Shown piece by piece: positions 8,613 to 20,210 of a DNA stretch of 64,000 bases; the stretch's first letter is position 1, and each line of letters opens with the position of its first letter. Below the pieces are notes generated by a model. The model was not told the origin of the DNA. It was given only the letters and a program-made list of their open reading frames with translations, and ran no database searches. The DNA is from a bacterium. Lineage in GTDB: Bacteria > Electryoneota > Electryoneia > Electryoneales > Electryoneaceae. The stretch spans positions 1 to 64,000 of the forward strand of contig OY769902.1 of the NCBI GenBank assembly GCA_963669175.1, in the 5' to 3' direction. The position numbers were made by a program, and so were the translations under genes.

Positions 8613-10283
8613 TCAATGAACATATTCCACTTTCCGGGTCAACTTCTCCTTCGGACCGGCAATAGTAATGAAATAAGTGCCGGAAGCAAGCCCAATTTCT
8701 TCCATGTTCAAAGAAAGACGGTTAAATCCCATCTCAATGCTTGGTTGACGCTGGTATATCGATTCACCCAGCAGGTTGTAGAGGGTGATAGAGATCGCTT
8801 CAGCCTGCTGAATCTCCAGTTCGAGGATGATTTGATGGTTGAAGGGATTGGGATACAGGGCAAGGAGGGAAAATGAGGTGGGTTGTTCAATATCCGATGG
8901 TGATTCGGGAACATCATCTGTCCGCCCGGCAACACTGCCATCTTCATGGACCTTGAAAAGGAAGCAGTTAAAACTGGATTCAATAGCTACAATAACAAGT
9001 TCATTGTTAGTTGTTACTGTTGATAAGCTACCGAGAATGCCGTGATAAGGACTGCAAACAAAAACAGAATCTTGCCAGCATTCGTGTCCGTCATTAGTAT
9101 CTATTTTCTGAGTTCGGTTGCTGGTAATAGCATTGTAGTATTGATGTATAAAAGTACAATAAAGAAATAAATTATCATTAGAAAGATTCAGGCTTTTAAA
9201 ATAGATAAAACCATCGTTGTAGTAATGATGTAGATTGATTCTGTAGCCATCATCATAATATGATGTTCCATCCGGTCTAACACGGATAAAAACAGTATTA
9301 TTACCCGTGCCGACAAGACCAATACTGCCATCCGGAAATACGACTGGACTGCTATTTTGCGTGTTCGCTCCAAAACGAAATGTAAGCCGGTCATCCCATT
9401 GCATATCCGCATCAGAATTGAAGTAGAAGATATTTATTCCAGGAGTAACAAGATAGAAATGATTGTCCAGCGCTTTCATAATATATGTTTTCCTGCTCAA
9501 CGGGCCATCATAAAGCGTAGGGGGATCTTCCCACCGTAAGGATCCATCTGCATTGACATGCTGAATATTAGTGATATCGTCATAGCGCGAGGTGATGAAT
9601 GCGATGTACATGCCCCCTGAATCGCCCTCGGCAATGGTAATGATATCCCCTGACGGCCAAAGGTCTTCGCGTATCAGGATGGGTTCATCCACTTTCATGC
9701 TGCCATCGCTGTTCAAGCCACATACATAAATCGGTGTGTTGGGGGAATCAAAGAAGTAACACCAGAATCCATCGTTCCCATCACTACATATCGTTGGGTA
9801 ATTCGGGTAATTGTCCGCAAGCAGATGTGTCAGGATAGCCGGGGCGCCATCCGGTCCCCACAGCTTTTCCCCATCTGCGCTATAGCGTTGTCCGTAGATG
9901 CTGTTGCCGTATTCCTCATCCATGCTGGCAACAAAGCCAAGGATCACCCCACCATCGGACGTGGGCAATATTCCCATTGGATCCGAAATTACATCCATTT
10001 CCGTCGCACGAATCCCTGGCTGTTCAAACATGGGGTAGCCGTCCTCATCATACCGTTGCAGGTAGGATACAGAGTACTCCGGTCCGGCCAGGAGACCTTG
10101 CAGCACCCAAACAGAGTTGTCCGGGCCTGGGACAATGTCTGTGGCATTGATGAGATAGGGAATCTGGTATCCGTTGTAGCCCCACTGGGCGTGGGAATGC
10201 GGAGGAAGTACAGAAAGAAGAAGTGTAGTCAGAAAAACAATAACGGCGGATAATGTACAATTGCTTTTTATCATGGCAACCAT
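8613..10283 (-). CDS. Secreted beta-propeller-like protein with T9SS-type CTD
   Basis: Signal peptide; DGxGG and QRYxxDG..LWG repeats; YPNPFN...ASGTYFI. Confidence 0.85.
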   Translation of the reverse strand: MVAMIKSNCTLSAVIVFLTTLLLSVLPPHSHAQWGYNGYQIPYLINATDIVPGPDNSVWVLQGLLAGPEYSVSYLQRYDEDGYPMFEQPGIRATEMDVISDPMGILPTSDGGVILGFVASMDEEYGNSIYGQRYSADGEKLWGPDGAPAILTHLLADNYPNYPTICSDGNDGFWCYFFDSPNTPIYVCGLNSDGSMKVDEPILIREDLWPSGDIITIAEGDSGGMYIAFITSRYDDITNIQHVNADGSLRWEDPPTLYDGPLSRKTYIMKALDNHFYLVTPGINIFYFNSDADMQWDDRLTFRFGANTQNSSPVVFPDGSIGLVGTGNNTVFIRVRPDGTSYYDDGYRINLHHYYNDGFIYFKSLNLSNDNLFLYCTFIHQYYNAITSNRTQKIDTNDGHECWQDSVFVCSPYHGILGSLSTVTTNNELVIVAIESSFNCFLFKVHEDGSVAGRTDDVPESPSDIEQPTSFSLLALYPNPFNHQIILELEIQQAEAISITLYNLLGESIYQRQPSIEMGFNRLSLNMEEIGLASGTYFITIAGPKEKLTRKVEYVH

Positions 10284-10398
10284 CCTATGAATTCATATTT
10301 TAAAATGCCGGTAGAGAATCGAGGAAGTCAAGAGGATAGGAGGGTGATCTTTTCTTTTTTCACGTTTGGAGATAGAGGGAGCATACCGAGTGTCAGAC

Positions 10399-10930
10399 GG
10401 GTAGCCCTGTACACTTCCAGCAGTATGTCATAGGAGTGTTTGGCCCGATTTGCCGAAGGTGTGGCATGTATTCTCGAAATACCGACAACATTTGCAAGTC
10501 GTCATCCTGTGATGCGAATGATGAGCAAGTCGGGGTTCGGGAGAGCTTGGGCAGCCAATGCACACGCGCGAAAAGTGGAAAAGCATGCGAAAAATGGGAC
10601 TGTTACCTTTTCATATTTTCAGATGTCGGCCAGTTTCAACTCAGTGCTGATGAAAAGGTAACTGTACCGAATTTTTCGTCTTCTACAGCTTGATTAGCTT
10701 TTATGTGAAAATGTTGGTACAGTTACCTTTTTCGCAACAAGTATTTCTGAAAAGTATCAATCAAGTATACATAGCAAACATCGTCAACACTTCCTACCAT
10801 ACTCGCTGGCGAAAAAGTGTAACAGTCCCCATTTTCCGTAAAATTATGCCTGTTTATCTACCTTCAGCGTGTCTCAAGAGATGAACAAAGTAAAACAGAG
10901 ACTGATCCGCCGGATCAGTCCCTGTTTTTC
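10399..10930. repeat. REP-like cluster with nested inverted repeats
   Basis: 91-nt element 10444-10534; GG(G/T)AC(T/A)GTTACCTTTT arms at ~10591, 10651, 10711 and 10809; gagactgatcc/ggatcagtccc hairpin ~10897-10923. Confidence 0.7.
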
Positions 10931-10967
10931 TTCAACATCTATGTTTTACTCGAAACTTCAGTTCCAA

Positions 10968-11333
10968 TCAGTGACGTTTTCCCATCACCCAGCCGACCCA
11001 GGGTTTACGGCGCAGTTGGTCATATTTGCGGCGTTGACGTGTAATTGCACGGAGCGTACGGGTGACACTCTGGAAATGCTGACGGATTTCTTTTTCGTCG
11101 AGCGGACTGGGGTGTTCTTCACCTTCGCTGAGACGATAGATCAGCTCCCCGATGTGCATGTAATGAGAATAAAGATCACGACGCAAGGAGATCAGGTTCA
11201 GCTTGATACGGCCCTTCTTCGTCTGGTCGCACAGAACGTGCAGCAAGCCCCTCAGCAGACGATTGGCCCTGCGGAGAATACGTTTCCATACATTCAGAGA
11301 GGTAACGCTGTTAAAGGATTCTTCCTGTTCCAT
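10968..11333 (-). CDS. Hypothetical coiled-coil protein
   Basis: ORF with amphipathic helices (KGRIKLNLISLRRDLY...IGELIY); start uncertain (11333 or 11369). Confidence 0.55.
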   Translation of the reverse strand: MEQEESFNSVTSLNVWKRILRRANRLLRGLLHVLCDQTKKGRIKLNLISLRRDLYSHYMHIGELIYRLSEGEEHPSPLDEKEIRQHFQSVTRTLRAITRQRRKYDQLRRKPWVGWVMGKRH

Positions 11334-11563
11334 CCAACCTGCGTGCGATTCCGCCTGCGTCATGCCCAACTCCTCGTTTGCACCACCCGGAACACTCGAT
11401 CATCACTCTGAGCAAATAATATAAGAAAATCATCACGGGAATGTACGTGATCAGGGACGCATGAAACGCATCTCTCAAGGAAATTTCTTTCCCCCTTTCC
11501 CCTATAATTACGGGTGTGTATCTTCTTTTTTTGGAGCCTAACAACCTGAAGGAGTGGATACCC

Positions 11564-14233
11564 ATGAAATCAATGCGGTTTTTCGCCTGGACTTTACTCA
11601 TTCTGTTCATCATAATCCCGGTCGCTTCAGCCGAAGAAACGGAAAGCGAACCTTTCATTCCCGGCGAGTGGCTGGTCACCAACGCTGTCATGATGCCTTA
11701 TGCCCTGATGGACGCGGACAGTTCGGCCGATCCCGTATCCGCTCTGCTTGGCAGGGATATTGTCGATCCTTACCTGTTCTGGCCCTCAGACAAGACCGTG
11801 GTAAACCCGGCCCCGGGTAAAACCATCACGTTTAACGCGAAAAACAGCACGTCACTTGAGTTCACCCCACTCCCGGAAGCCGGACAGGACTATCCCTTCC
11901 TGGCGATGGCGGCAACATACCTGGATGTGGACACCTGGAATGAGGCTACCATCGAGGTGAAGGGACGCGCACCGTTCAAGCTGTACCTGGAGGCGGAAGA
12001 AGTCCTTTCACGTACCAGCACGGCGGATTCAGATACGGCTGTCGAGTCGGGCGACATTACCCTCGACCAGGGCCGTCGCCGTATCCTGCTGGTCAGCGTG
12101 CTCAGCGGCGCCGATTCATTGGCGAACTGGTTACTGGAGCTGTCCATCACCCCGACCTCTCCTGAAGATGCAGTCATTACCGCAACCACAGACCCGAGAC
12201 ACCGTTTTGACATCACCGACTACTACCTGCAAGAGAGTATTGTCGGGCAAGACCTCTCCAAAGATGGCGCCTGGTATGCGGTCATCCGTGGCATTCGTAA
12301 CGGTCAGACCGACAAAACGGAAAAGTGGCTGGAAGTCTGGAGCCTGAAAGACAAGAAGCGGGTCTGGGAATATCGTAACTCCAAAGGGATCGGCAGCGTT
12401 CAGTGGTCACCGGACAGCAAAACACTGTTGATTACGGTCAGCGGCAAGGACAAAGGCACGGACCTGCTGCGCTTTGATCCGGCCACGTTGACACTCTGCG
12501 AGATGGAAAGCAGCCTGGAAGATGCCATGGGGTTCACCTGGAGCCCGGATGGACAGGGCATATACTACACCCTGTATGAAGCTTTCGAAGAAGACGATAA
12601 ACCCTATAAAGTCATGTGGGATATGCCGGATCGCTGGACGGGGTTCCGTGATCATATGAGCCTGTGCTACATGGGGCTTGATGGCAACACACACCTGAAA
12701 TTCAGCGAAGGCAAATACACTCCTGATCAGTGGGTTGTCAGTCCCGACGGCAGCAAAATCCTGGTGATCAGCGGTGTTTCCAGAGTTGAACGTCCCTTCA
12801 TGGTGAACAATTTCTGGATTATCGACACCCAAACCGGCGAAGCTGAGAAGGTTTTCACCTTCGAACACTCATCCACCGGCCACCCGGTCTGGTCACCGGA
12901 TGGCAAGTATGTCGCGTTTGACGCTCCCATGAATCCGGTGCTGGGCAATGACAGCCCTTACCCGGACAACAACGATAACCAGACTGATTTGTGGATACTG
13001 GACCTCACCACACGCGAGGCCGAGAACAAAACCCGCGACTTTGAACCGGCTGTTGCAATGGGCGCATACGGCGTCGGTTTTGGCGGGACAATCATCTGGC
13101 ACGAGGACGGCACTATCGGGTTTACCGGCCTGTACAACAAGCACATGCGCTGGTACATCTATGACCCGGTCAAGGATGTCATGACCACACATGACCTGCC
13201 CACCCCCGGCGCGACCAGCCTGGTAGCGTCTACGGATAAGAAGTCTACGATTGCCGTATTCCGTGGGCAGCAGGTCGGGCAGTATGGCGACATGTACTGG
13301 TACGACTGGAAGAAGAAAAAGAGCGGCATGCTGTTCCCGTTGGCGGAACACATGAAGCAGCTTATCACCTTCGATAACAAGGTGACCGACTACGATGTGA
13401 CCTACTGGGACGCGGTGGAAAAAGACAGCGTAACCGTACCCGGTTTCCTGTTCTACCCGGCTAATTACGACCCGGCGAAGAAGTACCCGGTAGTGACTGA
13501 TTTTTACGGTGGTGTGTTCGGATATGCCGAGGGCTGGATGTGGATGAGCCAGGTATTCTCGACACGAGATTACTTTGTATACGTTCCCACCCCACGCGGC
13601 GCGGCAGGCTGGGGCCAGAAGTTCGCCGACAGCCATCCCAATGACTGGGGCGTTCGCACAACACGTGACATGAATACCGGCTTGCGTCATATCGTGGACA
13701 ATGTACCGGGCGCCGATGGTGATCGTTGCGCGCCGGTATCCGGTTCTTACGGTGGCTTCATGACCATGTACATGCTGAGCATGGATCATAGCAGCCCGGA
13801 TTATTACCCCTACGCTACCGGGATCAGCGATTACGGCATCTCGAACCTGGCGAGTTACTGGGGTATCGGCTGGTGGGGCTACCTGTACAGCGACATGGCA
13901 ACAGCGCGCACCTATCCCTGGACCGATCCGCAGTATTACATCGATCATTCGCCATTGTTCTTCGCGGATAATGTGACCGCGCCACTGCTTCTGCTTCATG
14001 GTGACGGGGATGTGAATGTGCCGGTCGGCGAATCAGACCAGATGTATACCGCGCTGAAGGTACTGGGCAAGGAAGTTGAATTTATCCGCTTCCCGGGCGA
14101 GGATCATGGCATGGCCTCCACACGCGCCAAGTACCTGACCAGCAAACGTATCCACATCGAGTGGTTCGATCGTTTCCTGAAGGATCGTCCTGAAGCATGG
14201 GATTCACGTATGGAAAACGAATTCCAGCGGTAA
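11564..14233 (+). CDS. S9 family peptidase (prolyl oligopeptidase/acylaminoacyl peptidase type), exported
   Basis: Signal peptide; WSPDG propeller repeats; catalytic GSYGG, HGDGD and EDHG motifs; AAGGAG RBS. Confidence 0.92.
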   Translation: MKSMRFFAWTLLILFIIIPVASAEETESEPFIPGEWLVTNAVMMPYALMDADSSADPVSALLGRDIVDPYLFWPSDKTVVNPAPGKTITFNAKNSTSLEFTPLPEAGQDYPFLAMAATYLDVDTWNEATIEVKGRAPFKLYLEAEEVLSRTSTADSDTAVESGDITLDQGRRRILLVSVLSGADSLANWLLELSITPTSPEDAVITATTDPRHRFDITDYYLQESIVGQDLSKDGAWYAVIRGIRNGQTDKTEKWLEVWSLKDKKRVWEYRNSKGIGSVQWSPDSKTLLITVSGKDKGTDLLRFDPATLTLCEMESSLEDAMGFTWSPDGQGIYYTLYEAFEEDDKPYKVMWDMPDRWTGFRDHMSLCYMGLDGNTHLKFSEGKYTPDQWVVSPDGSKILVISGVSRVERPFMVNNFWIIDTQTGEAEKVFTFEHSSTGHPVWSPDGKYVAFDAPMNPVLGNDSPYPDNNDNQTDLWILDLTTREAENKTRDFEPAVAMGAYGVGFGGTIIWHEDGTIGFTGLYNKHMRWYIYDPVKDVMTTHDLPTPGATSLVASTDKKSTIAVFRGQQVGQYGDMYWYDWKKKKSGMLFPLAEHMKQLITFDNKVTDYDVTYWDAVEKDSVTVPGFLFYPANYDPAKKYPVVTDFYGGVFGYAEGWMWMSQVFSTRDYFVYVPTPRGAAGWGQKFADSHPNDWGVRTTRDMNTGLRHIVDNVPGADGDRCAPVSGSYGGFMTMYMLSMDHSSPDYYPYATGISDYGISNLASYWGIGWWGYLYSDMATARTYPWTDPQYYIDHSPLFFADNVTAPLLLLHGDGDVNVPVGESDQMYTALKVLGKEVEFIRFPGEDHGMASTRAKYLTSKRIHIEWFDRFLKDRPEAWDSRMENEFQR

Positions 14234-14287
14234 GCGGATCGAAACTGCTGACTCCACTATTCAAGCACATATTTCTGCACAATACAG

Positions 14288-14316
14288 CAGGCCCGGATCA
14301 CTTCGATTCGGGCCTG
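14288..14316 (+). terminator. Stem-loop after the S9 peptidase gene
   Basis: caggcccg...cgggcctg hairpin; no strong U-tract. Confidence 0.5.
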
Positions 14317-14635
14317 TTACTGCTACATGTTTCACGTAAAGAAAAAACTGTATGTCTCACGCAAAGACGCAAAGGCGCAAAGAAAGACAAAAAAAAACAA
14401 GAAAAGAAAGAAAGAGAAATAGTGTATTAGAAATGAAGTCATTGTAAACTCAAACCATACAGTAATGCTCGAAAGTAATGTCGCATATCTGCGAAATAGA
14501 TGTATTGAATTCGCATTCACAGCTTTGTGTGGTTGCTTCTCGCACAAGACAACACTTTCAATAAACAGTATAAATCGAAAAAATACATTTATTTCTATCT
14601 TACAAATCGCGTTTCACCTTATCTTTTCAATAAAA

Positions 14636-14811
14636 TCATTCTTTTATCCTTTCTATCCCAGGTATCCTTTGCATCCTGTAAATTCAACCATAGCCCATGA
14701 GGCCTGGCACATCTAACCATCATCCTTGACATCCTATTATCCTACCATCCTGTTAAGCGTTTTTCATCCTGTTCATCATTCCCTATCGTGTCCATCCTGT
14801 GAATCAGAGTG
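14636..14811 (-). repeat. GGAT/ATCC-periodic 3' element, copy 1
   Basis: Homologous to 17326-17471, 20024-20210, 22654-22799 and 34521-34630; each copy starts right after a CTD gene stop codon. Confidence 0.85.
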
Positions 14812-17058
14812 TTACTTGAGCAGGACGATACGTTGCGCTGTCTCCCACCTTCCGGCTGTCGCGCGTACGAAATACACCCCGCTGGACAGCCCCGGCTGCG
14901 AACCGAAATGGAAAGCATGACTTCCCGCATGCAGCACTCCTTCATGCAGTCTCACCACTTCCCGCCCCAGCACATCATACACGCACACCATCACCGCCTC
15001 AGCCTGTGGCAACTCAAGCGTGATGCGGGTTTCCGGGTTGGCGGGGTTGGGGTAGGAGGACAAACGCAGTTGACTGGGCAATGATTCGCTGATTTCGATT
15101 TCATGTATCCCGGTAGGATCAAAGGCAAACAAACCCATGCCGTTTTCCCAAGTCGCAAGGATACGGTCATCACTCAAGAATTGGGCATCGCTGACAGGTT
15201 TGGCATCATATTCCGCAACCAGAACCGGTTCAGTTCCTGCCATGGGATCATACTGGAATACTTGCATGCAGCCATCGAGAACCAACCAGAAAGGTGATTG
15301 ATAATCAACTATTTCGCAAAAAGCAGTGACCGTATCCAGGAGAAGAGGCTCTTGTGGTGTGTCAAGTGAATATATATACGTGCATTCGTTATTATTATCA
15401 TGAAGGCACATCATGTTATCATACCCCAGGATATATCCAGATCTGGTCTCTACACCAAATGGATCTTCCAGTACAGCATAACCAAGATTATAAGGGTCAC
15501 TCATATCAATAAATACTTCTTCAATATTGTTTTGATAAATTCCACTGGTGTAACATTGAGTATCATAATAGACCAGATTCCTGTGAGCAGGAAAAAGAGG
15601 TATAGAAAGTTCTAAACTGTCTTCTATGGAGGGAGAGTCCGGATCCTGAATGGATATGCTGCGAATATAGGACGGCGAAGTGTTTAACGGAATAAAAAAC
15701 AGCCAGCCATCCTGACCGAAAATGTACTTACCGCTGTTTGTTGTACCGGGCACGAAACCGTGAAGCGAAAACCCCAACTCAGATTCTTCATCAGCCATAA
15801 CCAGTTGAGCTTCACGACGATTGTCGCCCCATTGGATCAATCCCATATTATCCGTATAAGCGATTAGTGTGCCACGTTTGCCTTCTCCATTCACCAGCAC
15901 CTCAATCGAATCAAGCTGATCTTCCTGTACTCCCGAATAGAGTTTCAAATCCTCAATCAAAAGCTTATTTCCTTCATACAGGCAGGGCATATCATAAAAT
16001 TCACGATAGGCAAAACCGGATACCTCAACGTAAGGATCCTCATTAATCACTGTGAATTCAAATAGATTCCTGCCCCGCGTCCAGGTACATCCCTGTTCAT
16101 AAAAATCAACAGTTGCAGGAAAAGGCACCTCAACCTGAACCATACTTTCCTGTTCAACGGTTAACTCGTCGGTAATACTGAAGACGTAGATCTCATCACC
16201 CGTCGTCAGCACAAACTTGTCATCGAAGAAGTGGCAGAATTCCATATCATCAAAGGGGAACTCCTCATCGGTCCACTCTGTTACCGGTGAGATATCCGGA
16301 AGATTTTGGATTGAATAGAGGCAAAGCCGGTCCTCCTGAATAGTCAACAACCATTCATCGGACATGGTGAACCAGCGGAAGTCTGCGCCAATATCCCAAC
16401 CGTCAGCCACCAAGTGAACATTGGCTGTATCGGAATAATCCCAGATATTCAATGTGTATTCTGTGCCCTCCCACTCCAGGCCGGCAATGAGGGATTCCGT
16501 ACAGGCAGTTGCGCCGTAGCGCGCTGTAGTAATGGGCGATAAGACCTCAAGCAGTTGAGGAGATGAATTTTCGGAAACAGACTCAATTGTGATATAGTCT
16601 TCCAGCATGATATTATGAACCAAGACATCGTCACGCCATAAAGTCATACCATAAGTAAAATTATGGGATACATGTTCATCATATTCCACTTCATATTCTG
16701 CCAACAGCACCGGATTGGCAGGGTCGCTGATATCGAATATGGTTTTATCGCAATGTCCGGTAACCAGGATACGGTCACCATCACGGAAAATCCCCGTTGG
16801 TTCCTCGGCGAAATCCGTGTTCTGATAACATTTGGTATAGGTATTTCCTTCCTTGTGCAATACCACAAACCCAGTGGTACCAGTAGACAGGTAATAATAG
16901 TCGCCATACCGTTCAACACTGCGACAATAATCCAGCGACTGAACCCCGGCGACCATCCCCAAACCGGTACTGTCCTGTGCTACGCCTGCTTGTGTGAACA
17001 AACACACTATCATCACCGAAACTAAGACAGGCAGTATTCTTCCACGTTTCACCGTCAT
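14812..17058 (-). CDS. Secreted LVIVD-repeat protein with T9SS-type CTD (array gene 1)
   Basis: Signal peptide; DISDPANP repeats; CTD YPNPANPETRITLELPQAEAV...WETAQRIVLLK. Confidence 0.85.
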   Translation of the reverse strand: MTVKRGRILPVLVSVMIVCLFTQAGVAQDSTGLGMVAGVQSLDYCRSVERYGDYYYLSTGTTGFVVLHKEGNTYTKCYQNTDFAEEPTGIFRDGDRILVTGHCDKTIFDISDPANPVLLAEYEVEYDEHVSHNFTYGMTLWRDDVLVHNIMLEDYITIESVSENSSPQLLEVLSPITTARYGATACTESLIAGLEWEGTEYTLNIWDYSDTANVHLVADGWDIGADFRWFTMSDEWLLTIQEDRLCLYSIQNLPDISPVTEWTDEEFPFDDMEFCHFFDDKFVLTTGDEIYVFSITDELTVEQESMVQVEVPFPATVDFYEQGCTWTRGRNLFEFTVINEDPYVEVSGFAYREFYDMPCLYEGNKLLIEDLKLYSGVQEDQLDSIEVLVNGEGKRGTLIAYTDNMGLIQWGDNRREAQLVMADEESELGFSLHGFVPGTTNSGKYIFGQDGWLFFIPLNTSPSYIRSISIQDPDSPSIEDSLELSIPLFPAHRNLVYYDTQCYTSGIYQNNIEEVFIDMSDPYNLGYAVLEDPFGVETRSGYILGYDNMMCLHDNNNECTYIYSLDTPQEPLLLDTVTAFCEIVDYQSPFWLVLDGCMQVFQYDPMAGTEPVLVAEYDAKPVSDAQFLSDDRILATWENGMGLFAFDPTGIHEIEISESLPSQLRLSSYPNPANPETRITLELPQAEAVMVCVYDVLGREVVRLHEGVLHAGSHAFHFGSQPGLSSGVYFVRATAGRWETAQRIVLLK

Positions 17059-17325
17059 ACTGTCCTCCCGAACACTTGTATCGTCGATCGCCCCACATGA
17101 GGCGATGCGGTTGTCACTTTGTAACCAGAATACAAAACAACTATATCACGCAAAGCCCCCCCCGACTACTGCATTCGGGGGCAGGCTATCAGGCGCAAAG
17201 AAAAGAAGAAGAAAAAACACATACATACATAAAGAAAATCATTAATAAATCAAATTATTAGCCAATAAATACCATCCATATTCACTAAAAAATGAAAACG
17301 CTATTGGTCTTATCCATCATATAAT

Positions 17326-17471
17326 ATCATTCTTTTATCCTTAATATCCTTACCATCCTTTTTATCCTGTACATTAAACCATCATCCTTGATATCCTATT
17401 ATCCTACCATCCTGTTAAGAAAATCATCCTGTTCATCATTCTCTATCGTGTCCATCCTGTGAATCAGAGTG
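17326..17471 (-). repeat. GGAT-periodic 3' element, copy 2
   Basis: High identity to copies 1, 3 and 4. Confidence 0.85.
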
Positions 17472-19751
17472 TTACTTGAGCAGGACGATACGTTGCGCTG
17501 TCTCCCACTTTCCGGCTGTCGCGCGTACGAAATACACCCCGCTGGACAGCCCCGGCTGCGAACCGAAATGGAAAGCATGACTTCCCGCATGCAGCACTCC
17601 TTCATGCAGTCTCACCACTTCCCGCCCCAGCACATCATACACGCACACCATCACCGCCTCAGCCTGTGGCAACTCAAGCGTGATGCGGGTTTCCGGGTTG
17701 GCCGGGTTGGGGTACGCCTGCATCTGCGGGGTATCAGGAAGCGTTTGGTTTTGTGAGTCTTCGATAGCCATCGGTTCCCATTCATACAGTCCGAAACCGT
17801 TATACCATGTTATCAGGATCTGGTCGTCGTTGACAAAACCGGCATAGACTGCATAGGCGCCGGGTACAGTAACATACGCTGTTTGAACAGGCGAGTAGAA
17901 ACCGTCGCGACAATCATATATGACAATCCGTTCCCATTCCATGTCGCCATCATGCGATTCACTTACCATCAGAAAACCGTTCTCGTAGGCGAGCATGTTG
18001 TTACAGTTGCCAAGCACACACGCCGCAAAAATCTCAGGCGATGCCGGGTTTTCCAGTGAGTAGACACCGATGGCGCCTGATACAGCTTCAATAAAGAGCA
18101 GATCACCGTGTATGTGCATATCCTGGTAGTAATCACCAAGTTCAACTGTTGTAACCAGTTCCGGGATTCGTGGATCAGCAAGTGAATACACATCCAGCTC
18201 AAATTCAAGGGAATCATATTCTATCGTGATGCAATAGAGATAATCATTATAAACGGCTAGTTCGTGGTAGTATGCTAATGGCAGGACATAAGCTGCTTCA
18301 TGAAACGGATTGGCGGGATCAGCAGCATTTACAATAATCAGTGTGTCGTTCACCTCGCCATAGGCAAGTGCATAAATCCATTCACCAAAATTCTCGCTGA
18401 ACATAGCGCTTCCAGTAACAAACGACTCTCCATACACAACTCCGTAGGGATTTGACTCATCTGGAATAAGGATTCTGTTTTCTTGAACATAGGGACCATC
18501 TCCAACACCACTCTGCACTCCCCTTAACAACACTTTCCCAGCGCCTTCTTCACCGAGAAAAACCGTGTTTACCGCTGGTATTGTCCCGAGTGAGGTGATC
18601 GCACCTGCATCGCCGATCTGGTAAACAACCGGGGAAGCCTGATATTTGCTGATAATCGCTTTGTCACCAAGAAGGGTAAACCGGCTCCACTCTGATATAG
18701 GATCAAATACGGATCGTTCTCCAAACGGCTGGTCGCCAAGCGGTACAGTTATCAACCCCTGGTTGCCATACGGCGTGTACACAGTCTCGTCATAAATCAC
18801 ACTTTCCATTGAGTTGTAATACAAGTCACTGTCATCGCTATCCACGAAAACGATGTTTGTATTATCAATCAATTCAAAGGCCAATATCTGACTATTGAAG
18901 GATTCATTAACATAGATATAATCGCCAATCACTCTGGCACGGCTGAAATAGACATCATCTTGACTGGTGTAGGTGGCAAGCAGCGTGATATTCTCAGGAT
19001 CAGCGGCATTGTAAACGGCGACATCTTCATCCCCCGCCGACACAAGAAGTTCACCGGAAATAAAAAAATCACTGCCAGGCATGGAAACCGCTATTTCTTC
19101 AAGTTCCACTGGATTTTCAGGATTCGACACATCCCAGCCTGTAAGCCAGATACCTTCATTGTCAGTCTTCGACAAAAGCAACACAGAATCACGCAATGCG
19201 ACCATGGAATAATAGCTGGTATAGTCAAATGTTTGCACAAAGACTCGCTGCAATGTTCCACCTTCGTTCATCCTGTACACTTCCAGTTCACGACTGTATA
19301 TCATATAGATACAATCATCATGGTCCCAACAGACCCGATTGAATGATGCTATTTCGGAAAAGAAACCTGAATTGACAATCGCATACTGTTCGATTAAAGT
19401 CGGATCCAGCGGGAGAGTTATATCGTACATGTACAGATAATTGCGTCCATATACCAATAAGCGGTTATGATGACGTTCACACGCTAGTATACGATCTTGC
19501 CCGTCCAGGTACTGGTTATAAACGATGTACCCCTGCTGCTCATCCGGCTCCAGGATCAGCAATCCGGACGTTCCGGCAGCGATATACACCACACCGTTGA
19601 CCGCTACTTCCAGATCACGGAAGCCATCATAGGAACTCTCAGCATAACGCTCATAAATACCATTACTTGGCTGCGCAAATACGAGGTTAGATGAAAGAAA
19701 AACCAACAGGCAGATAAGCAGGGACAGAGTACTCTTCGAGTAACCGTTCAT
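17472..19751 (-). CDS. Secreted LVIVD-repeat protein with T9SS-type CTD (array gene 2)
   Basis: GGAGG RBS before ATG 19751; CTD DNA differs from gene 1 at only 2 of 243 nt. Confidence 0.85.
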   Translation of the reverse strand: MNGYSKSTLSLLICLLVFLSSNLVFAQPSNGIYERYAESSYDGFRDLEVAVNGVVYIAAGTSGLLILEPDEQQGYIVYNQYLDGQDRILACERHHNRLLVYGRNYLYMYDITLPLDPTLIEQYAIVNSGFFSEIASFNRVCWDHDDCIYMIYSRELEVYRMNEGGTLQRVFVQTFDYTSYYSMVALRDSVLLLSKTDNEGIWLTGWDVSNPENPVELEEIAVSMPGSDFFISGELLVSAGDEDVAVYNAADPENITLLATYTSQDDVYFSRARVIGDYIYVNESFNSQILAFELIDNTNIVFVDSDDSDLYYNSMESVIYDETVYTPYGNQGLITVPLGDQPFGERSVFDPISEWSRFTLLGDKAIISKYQASPVVYQIGDAGAITSLGTIPAVNTVFLGEEGAGKVLLRGVQSGVGDGPYVQENRILIPDESNPYGVVYGESFVTGSAMFSENFGEWIYALAYGEVNDTLIIVNAADPANPFHEAAYVLPLAYYHELAVYNDYLYCITIEYDSLEFELDVYSLADPRIPELVTTVELGDYYQDMHIHGDLLFIEAVSGAIGVYSLENPASPEIFAACVLGNCNNMLAYENGFLMVSESHDGDMEWERIVIYDCRDGFYSPVQTAYVTVPGAYAVYAGFVNDDQILITWYNGFGLYEWEPMAIEDSQNQTLPDTPQMQAYPNPANPETRITLELPQAEAVMVCVYDVLGREVVRLHEGVLHAGSHAFHFGSQPGLSSGVYFVRATAGKWETAQRIVLLK

Positions 19752-20023
19752 GGTGTCCTCCACAATATACTTTTATCGTCGATCGCGCCCCACAGCGCGA
19801 TGCCGTTGTCTCATGTTGTCTAATATACTGGGCTTACAACTATATTCCTACAAACTTTACATTTCAACACAAGAAAGATGTTTCACGCAAAGGCGCTCTC
19901 ATGTAAATAAAGTAAAAAACGAAAAAAAGGCAAAGATGGTCATTTGCAAATCAACCTTTAAGCAAAGAATCACAATTCCTTTCTTTCCAACAAAATCATT
20001 ATTTCATCACCCAGAAAACATAA

Positions 20024-20210
20024 AATCGTTCTTTTATCCTTGATATCCTTACCATCCTTTCCATCTTGTACATTGAACCATCATTCCTGACATCCTGCCC
20101 ATCCTGTACATTCAACCATCATCCTTTCCATCCTATCATCCTACCATCCTGTTAAGCGTTTTTCATCCTGTTTATCATTCCCCATCGTGTCCATCTTGTG
20201 AATCAACCCG
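20024..20210 (-). repeat. GGAT-periodic 3' element, copy 3
   Basis: Same element, with an internal sub-duplication (atcctgtacattcaaccatcat). Confidence 0.85.
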